From Candidatus Zixiibacteriota bacterium (lineage in GTDB: Bacteria > Zixibacteria > MSB-5A5 > GN15 > JACZUZ01): a DNA stretch of 64,000 bases. The stretch is from positions 5,390 to 69,389 of the forward strand of contig JAJRPJ010000018.1 in the NCBI GenBank assembly GCA_024280835.1. Direction: 5' to 3'. Shown here piece after piece: positions 1 through 10,200 of the stretch (position 1 is the first letter of the stretch; the number at the start of each line of letters is the position of its first letter). A program made the position numbers and the translations under genes. The notes beneath the pieces were generated by a model. It worked only from the letters and a program-made list of their open reading frames with translations. It was not told where the DNA came from and made no database searches.

Positions 1-580
1 CCAGCGGTTGGGTATAGACTGAAAGAGCATGCGAATAGTATTCTGGCGCAAAGACTGTGATAAGTGTCACTAGCGCAGCTAGAGCCAGCGATGGTTTCCA
101 AAAACGACTGACAGAATTGTAGTCTAGCGATTTGTTTAGCTCGATGGTTTCTGTGATTTCGAGTGTTTGGCGGGCTGTGAGGTCAACCAATTCAGGACTG
201 GTTCCCGCTGGTAAGGCTGATGGGTCACGTTGAAATTGCACAGCGGCTATCAAGCGACCTTTGAGCTGTGAGAAACGTTTCTCTAAACGTGTGGCTACGG
301 CATCGACATCACCACGACTTAGAGGAGCCAAAGAATATCGCCAAGTGACAATTGCCAAAACTGAGATAGACAGAATCAAAAGCGAAACTTTGAACCAAAC
401 AGGCAATGTTGTTAGCGCTGCAACTAGCGCTAGGACTGTCCAAATTCCTCCGAGAATAGCCACAGCCAAGACGGCGCCAGCGACCGCGCCAATTAGTCTT
501 TGAGTCCAAAGCAACGAACGCAATCGTTTGACTAGTTGCTCAATATTATTCCACTGACGTTTTTTATTTGCGTTTTCCAT
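1..580 (-). CDS. membrane protein, N-terminal 193 codons only (gene continues past the left window edge)
   Basis: Absent from the ORF track because no stop lies in the window. I checked the minus-strand frame codon by codon from ATG 580-578 down to position 2 and found no stop. Translation begins MENANKKRQWNNIEQLVKRLRSLLWTQRLIGAVAGAVLAVAILGG... and includes hydrophobic helices. It is co-directional with the DUF4159 gene and 167 bp downstream of it. Track ORFs 261..503(+) and 309..509(-) are shadows inside it. Confidence 0.5.
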   Translation of the reverse strand, partial: MENANKKRQWNNIEQLVKRLRSLLWTQRLIGAVAGAVLAVAILGGIWTVLALVAALTTLPVWFKVSLLILSISVLAIVTWRYSLAPLSRGDVDAVATRLEKRFSQLKGRLIAAVQFQRDPSALPAGTSPELVDLTARQTLEITETIELNKSLDYNSVSRFWKPSLALAALVTLITVFAPEYYSHALSVYTQPL

Positions 581-746
581 TGGGGGCGACCTCTTTATTA
601 TTCCTTAAGACGAAAACAAACTCGAATCAACAGTCTTTTTGAATCAATAATCTTTGTTAGTAACTCGGGCAAACATGTCGTAAGCCGGCTCTAGTCCTAT
701 AACCTATATCGACAGCTAGAGGTTCACGACTTTATGCTTTTGAACA

Positions 747-1466
747 TTATTCTGTTAGGGCGTAGGCCAGTAAATTGACGCCCATTTTTAGCGCCGCAAG
801 ACGTTTTTCCTGCGGATCATGATGCACTTGTGGATCTTCCCAGCCATCGCCAATATCTGATTCGATGAGAAAATAGACCGCTACTCGTCCGTCGAGCAAA
901 ATCGCAAATCCCTGTGCTGGGCGATTGTCGTGCTCATGGATTTTCGGTGGACCATCTGAGAATTCATAATATGAATGATAGATCGGATGTGAAAACGGTA
1001 ATTCTACTAATTCTCTATCTGGGTATAGATGCTGTAGTTCGTCTTTGACACCAGCGGCCATGCCGTAGGAGTCATTGATAAACAGGGTCCCTCCCGCGGC
1101 AAGATAGGAGCGTAGGCGCTCTCGGTCGGTTTCACTGAATCGCATTTTGCCGTGACCTGTAGCAAACAAAAACGGATAGTCAAACAATTCTGCATCAGAG
1201 ATCGCCACACGGCCCTCGATCGTATCTACTGGCCAATTGGTATTGTCACGAACAAAACGTAGGAAATTAGGCAGGGCCGAAGAACCCCAATACCAATCAC
1301 CACCGCCCGTATAATGTAACCTCGCCACCGAAACCGCTGCTGGAGCTGAATCAGTCCCATTTTTCCCCTGAGCAACAGTCTGAATCGGGCTGGCCAGAGA
1401 CAATGCCAAGGACAATGCCAGAGAGAAGTAGAGCGTGCTTGAAAGAATGGCAAAACGAGTTTTCAT
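747..1466 (-). CDS. DUF4159 domain-containing secreted protein (Bat/aerotolerance-neighbourhood family)
   Basis: Track ORF 747..1553. The core LHYTGGGDWYWGSSALPNFLRFV...YPFLFATGHGKMRFSETDRERLRSYLAAGGTLFINDSYG matches my memory of DUF4159. I prefer the internal ATG at 1466 (MKTRFAILSSTLYFSLALSLALSLASP), which gives a clean signal peptide. Confidence 0.75.
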   Translation of the reverse strand: MKTRFAILSSTLYFSLALSLALSLASPIQTVAQGKNGTDSAPAAVSVARLHYTGGGDWYWGSSALPNFLRFVRDNTNWPVDTIEGRVAISDAELFDYPFLFATGHGKMRFSETDRERLRSYLAAGGTLFINDSYGMAAGVKDELQHLYPDRELVELPFSHPIYHSYYEFSDGPPKIHEHDNRPAQGFAILLDGRVAVYFLIESDIGDGWEDPQVHHDPQEKRLAALKMGVNLLAYALTE

Positions 1467-2026
1467 ACTATTTTCCAAAAGTTGATATTCCAAATGCTGG
1501 TTCTGTAACTGGTTTCGTATCAGAGACAAACATACACTATAATATACTATCAAAATCGGAAAATGGACTGGATTTTTTGCAGGTTCACCTAAGATTCTCG
1601 ATAAAACTTGAAAAGGTCTTTAGATAGAGTTTAGTAGCGCAACTCTGACCATTTCAGCCCCCATGACATTACGAGCGCCCAGAAACGCGAAAACACTGTT
1701 TCAATTTGGAATCACCCATACCTATGGGGCGTTCCCTGTACTTTTTTCGCACATCGCCAGATAATCATTGCCAGTGGTCCAGGGATCAACCGCATATCCG
1801 CGCCACAAATCAATTGGCGGCTCAGCAGTAAGCGCTTGTCGAACAACGCATTAACAGAGCTTGCAGCTTTGCTATGTGTTTTTGTTAGTAACTTTTGGCT
1901 TATTCTGTGATTTGGGCAGTCGAATTGACACGTTGTAAAGCAGGTAATGATGAGAACTGGGCTATTTGCTCTTTCACAGAATAATTCTTTCAGAATATAA
2001 TTCGTTTAGAAGATGAGGTCAGCCGC

Positions 2027-2467
2027 ATGAAACGAACAGAGACGCTTCCCGAGAGCGAATCACCACTCAGCGCCATGCATCAAAAAGCCCATTGCCAAAA
2101 GGGTGTCACGATGCTGGAGGTAATGATCAGCATTTTGATTCTGACCATTGGTATTCTTGGCTTGGCTCCACTGATTGGAATCGCTGTACACAATAATTCA
2201 TATGCAAATGAATTGACTGTCGCTAATGCCTTGGCCCAAAAAGAAATTGAATCTTTAGTGGCTCAACCAAACTATGGCTCGTTACCAATGACCGATACTC
2301 GCGATTCAGTTTCGGGTGTCTTTCGTGTGAGTCGTCGAGTTGATGACAATAGTGTACTTGGATCTATTCCATCTGGCATATACAAACTCAGCGTGAAGAT
2401 TGAATGGGTCGACGCAAAACAAAAGAGTCGTTCACTAGACTATTCAATTTTCAAACCTAAGTCATAG
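2027..2467 (+). CDS. pilV: type IV pilus minor pilin, PilV-like (prepilin-type N-terminal cleavage/methylation domain)
   Basis: Class III signal QKG|VTMLEVMISILILTIGILGL, with Gly at -1 and Glu at +5. GAGG sits 8 nt upstream of the ATG. First gene of a three-gene pilin operon. Confidence 0.75.
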   Translation: MKRTETLPESESPLSAMHQKAHCQKGVTMLEVMISILILTIGILGLAPLIGIAVHNNSYANELTVANALAQKEIESLVAQPNYGSLPMTDTRDSVSGVFRVSRRVDDNSVLGSIPSGIYKLSVKIEWVDAKQKSRSLDYSIFKPKS

Positions 2468-2475
2468 GGGAAAAT

Positions 2476-3339
2476 ATGATGATGAATATGCAAACGAGAA
2501 AAAAGATAGTTGGAAATAGTGAGGGTGGCTTCACTATTGTCGAAGTTCTATTAGCGACGTTCCTAACCAGCATAATTGGAATCGCTGCGCTCAATTTTTA
2601 TGCTGCCGAGCATAACTCCCTGATAACGCAACAGAATGTTTCGGATATGCAGCAGAATCTTCGCGCTAGTATCGACGAAGTAACTCGTCACTTACGCAAC
2701 GCTGGCGCTAATCTGCCAGATGGCATTCAGGCGTTGGAAATGAGTGACACTAATCCAGACACTTTGACAGTACGATATGCGCCATTTGGAGGCGCTCTGA
2801 GTGTCGGCGACCACACTCAGAAGAAGCAAGCGGCTCCTATTCATGTAGCCAAGGGCTCAGACCTGAGCATGTTTGAAGTAGGTATGAAAGTACAATTGTG
2901 GCATGTCGGCAGTAGTACGCCAGAGTGGTTCACAATCACAAAAATTTCTACCAATAACGGTGTTGGTTGGGAAGAGATTCATCACCAAGGACAAGCGTTT
3001 CTGGAAGATCCACAAGTCGGCGACAAAATACTTATACTCAACGAATTGAAGTACTTTATCAATAATGCGGATACAGCCAATCCGCTCTTTATGCAGCAGC
3101 GCAATGGGGCAACACCAGAAGTTTATGCGGACAACATTAGCGACTTCCAGATGAGTTTCTTGCGTACCCTCTTAGACACAGTGACAACTTTGACTCCAGC
3201 GGATACTGCCATCATTGGATTTGTCTCGATGTCCGCACATACGGCGCAAATCGACCACGATATGAAAGATCTGGGCAATGACGGACGCCGTCATCGTTCG
3301 CTCAATTCAGAAGTTACAATTAGGAATCACATTCAATAG
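2476..3339 (+). CDS. pilW: type IV pilus minor pilin, PilW-like
   Basis: SEGG|FTIVEVLLATFLTSIIGIAAL prepilin motif with Glu at +5. Size (287 aa) and position after the PilV-like gene fit PilW. Confidence 0.75.
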   Translation: MMMNMQTRKKIVGNSEGGFTIVEVLLATFLTSIIGIAALNFYAAEHNSLITQQNVSDMQQNLRASIDEVTRHLRNAGANLPDGIQALEMSDTNPDTLTVRYAPFGGALSVGDHTQKKQAAPIHVAKGSDLSMFEVGMKVQLWHVGSSTPEWFTITKISTNNGVGWEEIHHQGQAFLEDPQVGDKILILNELKYFINNADTANPLFMQQRNGATPEVYADNISDFQMSFLRTLLDTVTTLTPADTAIIGFVSMSAHTAQIDHDMKDLGNDGRRHRSLNSEVTIRNHIQ

Positions 3340-3390
3340 GTATAGCATTTAAGACATTCGGAAGTATAACGGTATTAGGAGGCGATAACT

Positions 3391-5496
3391 ATGTTACATG
3401 AACGAATACACAGTAGGATTCGCAAGCTATTGCAGAATGAGAACGGAAGCGCACTGATTGTTTCAATCTCTGTGTTACTTATGGCTTCAATTGTCGCCAT
3501 GCAGATGTTCGCTGTCTCTAGTGATGATATGAACATTTCATTTAATAATCAGGATGCCACACGCGCATTGTACTCCGCCGAGTCTGGAGTGGCTTTGGCT
3601 CATTCGCAATTGTGGAATGACTATTTGAACTGGACATCGACGAGTCCACCAAAAACCGCTGGACAAGCAGGTAATAAGTCCACCTATGAAAAGTTTTTGA
3701 CTACACTAAATCTTCCAGATAGTGGTAAAATCTTGTTGGCCTCGGCTATGGATCTTAGCGCACATGACAGAATTGACTCGGTCTATGTTGAGCGCCGTGA
3801 TGAAAACGGTGGTATCAACTTGTTGGTCACTTCTGTCGGCGGTTCAAACGAACATGGACAACAGGTGATTAAATCTATGTTGCGTGTTCAGGGTGGCGCT
3901 TTTAAGGGCTTTGAGTTTGCAGTTTTAGCAAACAATATCAATTGCATCATGTGTCACGCAACATTTGACAATGTTGACCGTGTCTACAACACAGATGTTG
4001 GACAGCAGGGAACTTATGATAGGGTTAAAATCGCTTCTCTTGAGTCCATGCTCTTGCGCGCCGGCAAGGCAGATTCCAAAATTGCTGGAACGCTATACAC
4101 TCGTGGAATAGTGACTGACAAGGCGGGTAATCCGATAACTGATCTCTCCCCCACTGGCATGGGTTTAGATGGGTTTGACTTCAACAGCACTGATGGAAAA
4201 ATTGTTGAGCCAATGACCGCAGTGAAACTGAGCGATGCAACAGGATCACCACTGCCAACATTCGGAAACCTCTACATGAACTACCCGACTGATGCGGCAG
4301 ATATGACCGATGGAAACTTGCCAGACAAGTTCCCACCGCCTTTCCCAGATATCAACGGTAACAAATATGTTGATGACGCCGAGTATGACGATGTAGCCGC
4401 TGCGTCCACTGGTATGATAACTGGAGGTGTCATTTATGGTGTCTCAGGTGGCTCTACATATTCTGGAAGTGGTCTGCCAGGAGCTGGAAACATAGCCAGT
4501 GTTAGTGGAAGCTACAACGGCAATCTAATTCTGGTCGGTACTGACGCAAACCCGATCAATCTCAACAGTGTAATCGCGGTCGATGGAGATGTTATTATCC
4601 AAGGCAAAGTCGAAGGAACTGGTCAAATCATCGCTCGAGGAAATGTCTATATCACTGGGGATCTGACATACAATGACGGCAACATTGCAGGCGCTCGTAC
4701 ATTTGGAAAACAGCAAAGCGGCGCTACCAATACTATCTCCATAGCCGCTGGAAATAACATTCTCGTTGGAGATTATCTAACACCCAAGAAGGGTGACATT
4801 CTGGATAACAGTGTAATCGATCCAGGAAACCTCTCTGGCGGCGAACAGTTTTCATTTGCCATGTCTGAGGTCACGCTCTTCAACAGAGGTGAATGGGCCA
4901 AGACACAAGCAACGCTACCAGATGTCAATGGCTCGATGCAATCAAACCCAACATTCGAGCCATCATATCAACCACGTTATTATGTCATGAATCCTGGTGA
5001 CCCTGTCTATATGTTTAACAAGAGCTACCAGGATTCTAAGGGTAAAGAAAAGGGAACATATTTTGATCCAGTAACAATGAGCTGGAAGGGTAAAGAGCAC
5101 ACAAGTAGTTACGATCTTAATACACTAACTATGCTCAACCCTGGAGATCCACAATTGACTGGCGCAACTATTAACGCTCTCAGTTCATCGAACAATTGGA
5201 TATCACCAACTCAACTTAAGGATATGTGGATTGCCGATGAAGCCACACGGCCTTCAGGGACACCATTCCAAATCGATGGCCTAATGTATACGAACAATTC
5301 CATCTTTGCGTTGTCACGCAAAGCGTCGAATACTACAGGCAAGATGATAGTCAATGGCTCAATCGTCGCGGCGGACATTGGTATGCTGGTGGGTAACGGA
5401 TTGAACCTGAATTATGACCAACGTTTGAAGAATTTCATGAAATTGCAGGATGATAGCGAAATCGGAATCGCTCAAGTGAGCTGGTACGCTCAATAA
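3391..5496 (+). CDS. large PilX-N-terminal-domain pilus protein (701 aa) with beta-helix-like G/N/D-rich region and a single CXXCH motif
   Basis: AGGAGG lies 8 nt upstream of the ATG. The N-terminus NENGSALIVSISVLLMASIVAMQMF is the PilX_N type (no Glu at +5). Repetitive segments such as VIAVDGDVIIQGKVEGTGQIIARGNVYITGDLTYNDG suggest a beta-helix. NNINCIMCHATF at nt 3943-3957 contains the only two Cys in the protein. Confidence 0.65.
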   Translation: MLHERIHSRIRKLLQNENGSALIVSISVLLMASIVAMQMFAVSSDDMNISFNNQDATRALYSAESGVALAHSQLWNDYLNWTSTSPPKTAGQAGNKSTYEKFLTTLNLPDSGKILLASAMDLSAHDRIDSVYVERRDENGGINLLVTSVGGSNEHGQQVIKSMLRVQGGAFKGFEFAVLANNINCIMCHATFDNVDRVYNTDVGQQGTYDRVKIASLESMLLRAGKADSKIAGTLYTRGIVTDKAGNPITDLSPTGMGLDGFDFNSTDGKIVEPMTAVKLSDATGSPLPTFGNLYMNYPTDAADMTDGNLPDKFPPPFPDINGNKYVDDAEYDDVAAASTGMITGGVIYGVSGGSTYSGSGLPGAGNIASVSGSYNGNLILVGTDANPINLNSVIAVDGDVIIQGKVEGTGQIIARGNVYITGDLTYNDGNIAGARTFGKQQSGATNTISIAAGNNILVGDYLTPKKGDILDNSVIDPGNLSGGEQFSFAMSEVTLFNRGEWAKTQATLPDVNGSMQSNPTFEPSYQPRYYVMNPGDPVYMFNKSYQDSKGKEKGTYFDPVTMSWKGKEHTSSYDLNTLTMLNPGDPQLTGATINALSSSNNWISPTQLKDMWIADEATRPSGTPFQIDGLMYTNNSIFALSRKASNTTGKMIVNGSIVAADIGMLVGNGLNLNYDQRLKNFMKLQDDSEIGIAQVSWYAQ

Positions 5497-5539
5497 TTCT
5501 CGAAACACTACATATTTTTTGACACAGAGAGAGTCACTG

Positions 5540-5577
5540 AATCCCTCCAAAAGCAATTTTGGAGGGATTTTTGTTTG
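5540..5577 (+). terminator. rho-independent terminator of the pilin operon
   Basis: aatccctccaaaa (5540-5552) pairs with ttttggagggatt (5557-5569) around a gcaa loop, followed by tttgtttg. Confidence 0.7.
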
Positions 5578-5596
5578 TAGTTTGTTACGACTCAGC

Positions 5597-5624
5597 TTGA
5601 CAAGGACTCTGATGTGTCTAATCA
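5597..5624 (+). promoter_or_regulatory. candidate sigma70-like promoter for vsr-dcm
   Basis: TTGACA (5597-5602), 16-nt spacer, TAATCA (5619-5624), about 40 nt upstream of the vsr ATG. Pattern match only. Confidence 0.3.
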
Positions 5625-5664
5625 TATTCGTTGAAGATGGCGCTGAAAGAATCTCTGTAAGAAA

Positions 5665-6135
5665 ATGAAACCCTGCCTTGAGACAAAGACATCAAGAGTA
5701 TCCAAGCGACGGTCAATAGAAACTGTTCGTAAGGCTATGCGCGCAGTGCGCAGCAAAAACACAGCCCCAGAGCTGGCGCTTCGCAAAGCTCTCTGGAGCC
5801 GAGGGTTTCGATATCGCCTACACAAGAAAACTCTTCCAGGGAAACCTGATTTAGTGTTTCCCTCAAAGCGGATTGCATTGTTTATTGATGGAGACTATTG
5901 GCATGGGCGCCAATGGGAAAAGCGTGGCTTTGTTTCTTTGGAAGCGCAAATGAGTCGGGTCAATAATTCCGCTTACTGGATTAAGAAAATCAGCGGTAAT
6001 ATCATTCGCGACAAGAGAAACAATTGTGAACTACGCTTGTTAGGTTGGACAGTTATTCGGATTTGGGAAAGTGATCTCAAAACAAATCACGAGAAAGTTG
6101 TTGAAAAAGTAATCACCAAACTGGAATCTTCATGA
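5665..6135 (+). CDS. vsr: very short patch repair endonuclease (T/G mismatch-specific)
   Basis: RSKNTAPELALRKALWSRGFRYRLHKKTLPGKPDLVFPSKRIALFIDGDYWHG is the canonical Vsr core. The stop overlaps the dcm start (ATGA at 6132-6135). Confidence 0.9.
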   Translation: MKPCLETKTSRVSKRRSIETVRKAMRAVRSKNTAPELALRKALWSRGFRYRLHKKTLPGKPDLVFPSKRIALFIDGDYWHGRQWEKRGFVSLEAQMSRVNNSAYWIKKISGNIIRDKRNNCELRLLGWTVIRIWESDLKTNHEKVVEKVITKLESS

Positions 6136-7154
6136 ACATGTTACAAGACGCCTCCACAATTGCTTGTAGCACGAACATAGCGCCAAGCGATCAAGCAAAA
6201 GATACAATTCGCATTATTGATCTTTTTTGTGGTATCGGTGGTTTTCATTTGGGCGTCACTAACGCCGCCTCAGAGTTTGACAAAAATGTCGAGTGCGTCT
6301 GGGCTTGTGATATTGACCGCTGGGCTCGTGAGACATATCAAGCTAATTTTGGCGTTGAACCTCATGGTGATATTACTCAAGTCACAGCAGAGGATATTCC
6401 TGACCACGACTTGCTTTGCGCTGGATTTCCTTGTCAGTCGTTTAGTGTCTTCGGTAAGATGCGCGGCTTTGACGATACGCGCGGTACTTTGTTCTTTGAC
6501 ATTGCTCGCATTCTTGAAGCTAAACGCCCCGCTTTGTTTATTTTGGAAAACGTCAAACAATTAGTGACGCATCATGGTGGCAAAACTATCTCTGTGATCT
6601 TGGACACCCTGCGTTCTTTGGATTATTCTGTGGAGTTTCGTGCACTCGATGCACGTGATTTTGGATTACCACAAAAGCGTGAGCGGGTAATTTTTGTTGG
6701 CAGGCGTAATGACTTATTTTCTGACAACGCCACTGCGTTTCAGTGGCCTGAAAAGAAAATTCCAATGCAACCATTGGCTACTATCTTGGAAGAGGGTGTC
6801 GCCGAGAAATATTATACTAGTGAACGAATCCGCGCTTCTCGCAAAGCTAGCGTCAATAGCGCTTCAGTAGCAGATAGCTCACCCAAAATTTACCATGAAA
6901 ACAAATCAGGGCATGTTTCGGCCTATCCTTTTGCCTGTGCGCTACGTTCAGGCTCCAGCCATAATTATTTATTGGTTAATGGCGAGCGACGTTTGACAGA
7001 GCGTGAGTTGTTGCGTTTGCAGGGCTTTCCTGATTCATTCCAAGTTACAGCCAGTTATACACAAACTCGCCGTCAAACTGGGAATGCAGTCCCAGCTCCG
7101 ATGATTGAAGCTGTCGCCAGAGAATTGTTGCGCAGTTTTCCTCCATCCACTTAG
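6132..7154 (+). CDS. dcm: DNA (cytosine-5)-methyltransferase
   Basis: C5-MTase motifs occur in the expected order: I DLFCGIGGF, IV GFPCQSFS, VI FILENV, VIII QKRERVIFVG, X TGNAVPAPM. Confidence 0.92.
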   Translation: MNMLQDASTIACSTNIAPSDQAKDTIRIIDLFCGIGGFHLGVTNAASEFDKNVECVWACDIDRWARETYQANFGVEPHGDITQVTAEDIPDHDLLCAGFPCQSFSVFGKMRGFDDTRGTLFFDIARILEAKRPALFILENVKQLVTHHGGKTISVILDTLRSLDYSVEFRALDARDFGLPQKRERVIFVGRRNDLFSDNATAFQWPEKKIPMQPLATILEEGVAEKYYTSERIRASRKASVNSASVADSSPKIYHENKSGHVSAYPFACALRSGSSHNYLLVNGERRLTERELLRLQGFPDSFQVTASYTQTRRQTGNAVPAPMIEAVARELLRSFPPST

Positions 7155-7184
7155 TGCGTCAAAGAAACCCACAAGCAAAAATGA

Positions 7185-7219
7185 CTGAGGCGCAATGCAA
7201 TGATTGCATTACGCCTCAG
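7185..7219. terminator. bidirectional hairpin terminator between convergent dcm and cusA
   Basis: ctgaggcgcaatgcaat / attgcattacgcctcag is a near-perfect 17-nt inverted repeat. It has aaaaa upstream and atttatt downstream. Confidence 0.65.
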
Positions 7220-7256
7220 ATTTATTCACAACGAATTAGGTTCTCACCTTGAATAT

Positions 7257-10200
7257 TTATTGACTCAAGGCTAGCCGTCGTTTGAGTTTGCGCTCTTCGA
7301 TTATTGAATACAAAACTGGAACGGTGAAAATTGTTAGTAGCGCCACTGTCATGCCACCGAATGACGGGATGGCCATCGGAATCATAATATCTGACCCACG
7401 TCCAGTTGAGGTTAGGATTGGCAGAAGCGCCAACAAGGTTGTGGCGGTGGTCATCAACGCCGGTCTTATTCTGCGCTGCGACCCTTCGACAACGCTGTGG
7501 CGAACTTCTTTGATTGTCTTCGGTTTGTTGCGTGCGAAACTTTGATCTAGGAAAGCTGAAATGACAACTCCATTGTCTGTGGCGATTCCAAAAAGCGCCA
7601 AGAAACCCACCCAAACAGCAACAGACAGATTAATCTGATGCATGTTGAACAGTTCTCGCATGTTTTCGCCAAAAAAACTGAAATTCATAAACCAGCCCTG
7701 ACCATAGAGCCAGATCATGATGAAACCACCCGACCAAGCAACAAAGACGCCAGCAAAAACAAGTAGTGTCGTCAAAATTGATTTGAATTGTAGATACAGA
7801 ATGAACATGATTACCAAGAGCGCAATCGGAACCACAAGAGATAGGGTTTTCATTGCGCGGATTTGATTTTCATAGGAACCAGCGAATTTATAGTTTACTC
7901 CATTGGGAATTATCAATTCCCCGTCGTCTATTTTCAATTGCAAGTATGCCTGTGCCTCTTCAACAACATCCACCTCGGCATGGCCAGGTTTCTTGTCAAA
8001 AAGCACATAGCCAGTTAGGAATGTGTCCTCGCTCTTGATGTTTTGTGGACCACTAACATAATTGATGGTCGCAAGTTGTTCAAGTGGTATTTGAGCGCCA
8101 TCTTTGGTCGGAACCAGAATGCGTCCCAAGCTCTCTAAGTCATCACGCAACTCACGCAAGTATCGCACACGAACAGGATAACGTTCACGACCTTCGACCG
8201 TCATCGTGATGGGCTTGCCGCCCACAGCCACTTCAATGACCGACAGAGCATCATCGAGTTTGATACCATAACGGGCAATGGCCTCACGGTCAATTTCGAT
8301 TTCTAGATACGGCTTGCCAATTATTCTATCTGCGAAGACAGAGGGTGGATTGACTGATGGAACTTCTTTGAGAAAGCGCTCCATTTGGACACCGACATCT
8401 TCAATGACCTTCAAATTGGGACCTTTGACCTTAATCCCCATCGGGGCGCGCATTCCACTTTGGAGCATCACCAAACGCGCGGCTATCGGCTCCAAAAATG
8501 GCGCTGATGTCACACCCGGAAGTTCTGTGACTCCTATCAAAGCATCCCAAATGTCACGGCTACTCGTGATACCCGCCCATGCCTCTCGGTCATCATTGAG
8601 CGTTGGGTCGAGAGCTTTGCGCCAGAGGCGGAATGGGAATCCGTCTTCATCTGGGATTAGCCTACCCGATGCATCACGCAAGAACTTTCCACGCACTAAG
8701 TACGGCTCCCCATCTGGGGCGGAAACAGGTTCGCCTTTGAGGTTTCGAAAGAGATCCTTGTCGTCTTCATCGTATTTGAAAAGCGCATTACCCGCAGAAT
8801 CCGTGTAATACTCCTTATGATAGTTCACAACTGTTTCAAACATAGAAACTGGCGCAGGGTCTAATGGACTTTCTGTTCGTCCAAGTTTTCCGACGACCGT
8901 AGTAACTTCTGGGATTGAAGCAATCATGGCATCTTGTATTGAGAGCATGTCCTTGGCCTCACCTATTCCAGCGTGTGGCATTGTCGTCGGCATGAAAAGG
9001 AACGATCCTTCTTCAAGCGGCGGCATGAACTCTTTGCCAAGACCTGGGAAGGCATGCGCGATTGAACTTATGCCTGGCGCGGTCTTCACTGCGCGCGGCA
9101 TCCAGCCGAAGACTCCATCAAATCCAATCCAAACCATAACTCCCATTAACACCAAGGCGCTTGTTGCGCTAAGGAACAATGGTCTGTGGTTGAGTACCCA
9201 GTTTAGCATCGCAACATAGTAACGCTTTAACAAATCGAACGCATAGAGCAATGTACCCATTAGGAAAAGAACAAAAGCAAAATTGATAATCTGTCCGCCT
9301 TCAATACCCAGAGGAGACCACTCTTTCGCTAACAAGCCCATGGCAATCGCAGCTGCCACTCCATTGGCGAACCAAGGCGTGTATTTCACCACTTTCGCTG
9401 GGAGACGATGAGATACTATTCTCCAGACGCCGACGACTACTAAGATTAACGCTGCCCACAACATGCCGTAAATGGCAAGCCCTATACCAACAATGACAAA
9501 CAAAGCTGGCATTGTGAATCTGACTCGCGATGAGACTTGCTTTCCTTGTGCTTTCTTGCGTATAACCAGCAGCGCTTGGGCAAATGCAGGAATGACAGTC
9601 AAAGCCACTACTACAGACGCGATGAGCGCGAATGTTTTTGTGTAAGCCAAAGGTTTGAAGAGCTTGCCTTCAGATGCAACCATTGTAAAGACAGGCAAGA
9701 AACTCACAACCGTTGTTGCGACTGCTGTTAGAACCGCGCTGCCCACTTCGTTGGCTGCTTCATAAATAACTTTGCGCATATCGGCGCCAGCTGGAGCGCG
9801 CGAGATGCCACTAATTATGTTTTCGGACATGACAATCCCCATGTCCACCATCGTTCCTATAGCAATCGCGATTCCTGATAGAGCGACAATGTTAGCGTCA
9901 ATGGCAAAGACTTTCATTGCTGCAAATGACATCAAGACGGCAATCGGCAAGAGTCCTGAAACAAGCAACGAGCTGCGCAAACTCATCAATGAAATAATGA
10001 CCACTATTATGGTCACCAAAATCTCTAGTGTCAGCGCTTCATCCAGAGTCTCCAGTGTCTCGTGAATCAATTCTGAACGATCATAGAATGGCACGATTTT
10101 TAATTGACTGACTCTTCCATCGGACAATGTTTTCGTCGGCAAACCTGGCGATATTTCGGCTATCTTTTGTTTTAGATTTTTGATAGCCGCCAACGGATTT

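Noticed and set aside
1554-2026. ~470-bp non-coding region upstream of the pilin operon, containing a 33-codon ORF and a TTGACA at 1925-1930
   Set aside because: There is no acceptable -10 at the proper spacing, no conserved-looking peptide and no structured element that I could define.
6217-6564. 115-aa plus-strand and 96-aa minus-strand ORFs inside dcm
   Set aside because: They are alternative-frame or antisense ORFs inside a methyltransferase gene that has all its motifs in order.
8278-8808. 176-aa and several ~60-100-aa plus-strand ORFs inside cusA (7282..7545, 7853..8038, 8926..9219, 9537..9731, 9772..10065, 10911..11264, 10951..11247)
   Set aside because: All are antisense to a strongly supported RND pump gene and show no motifs or ribosome-binding sites. 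They are shadow ORFs.
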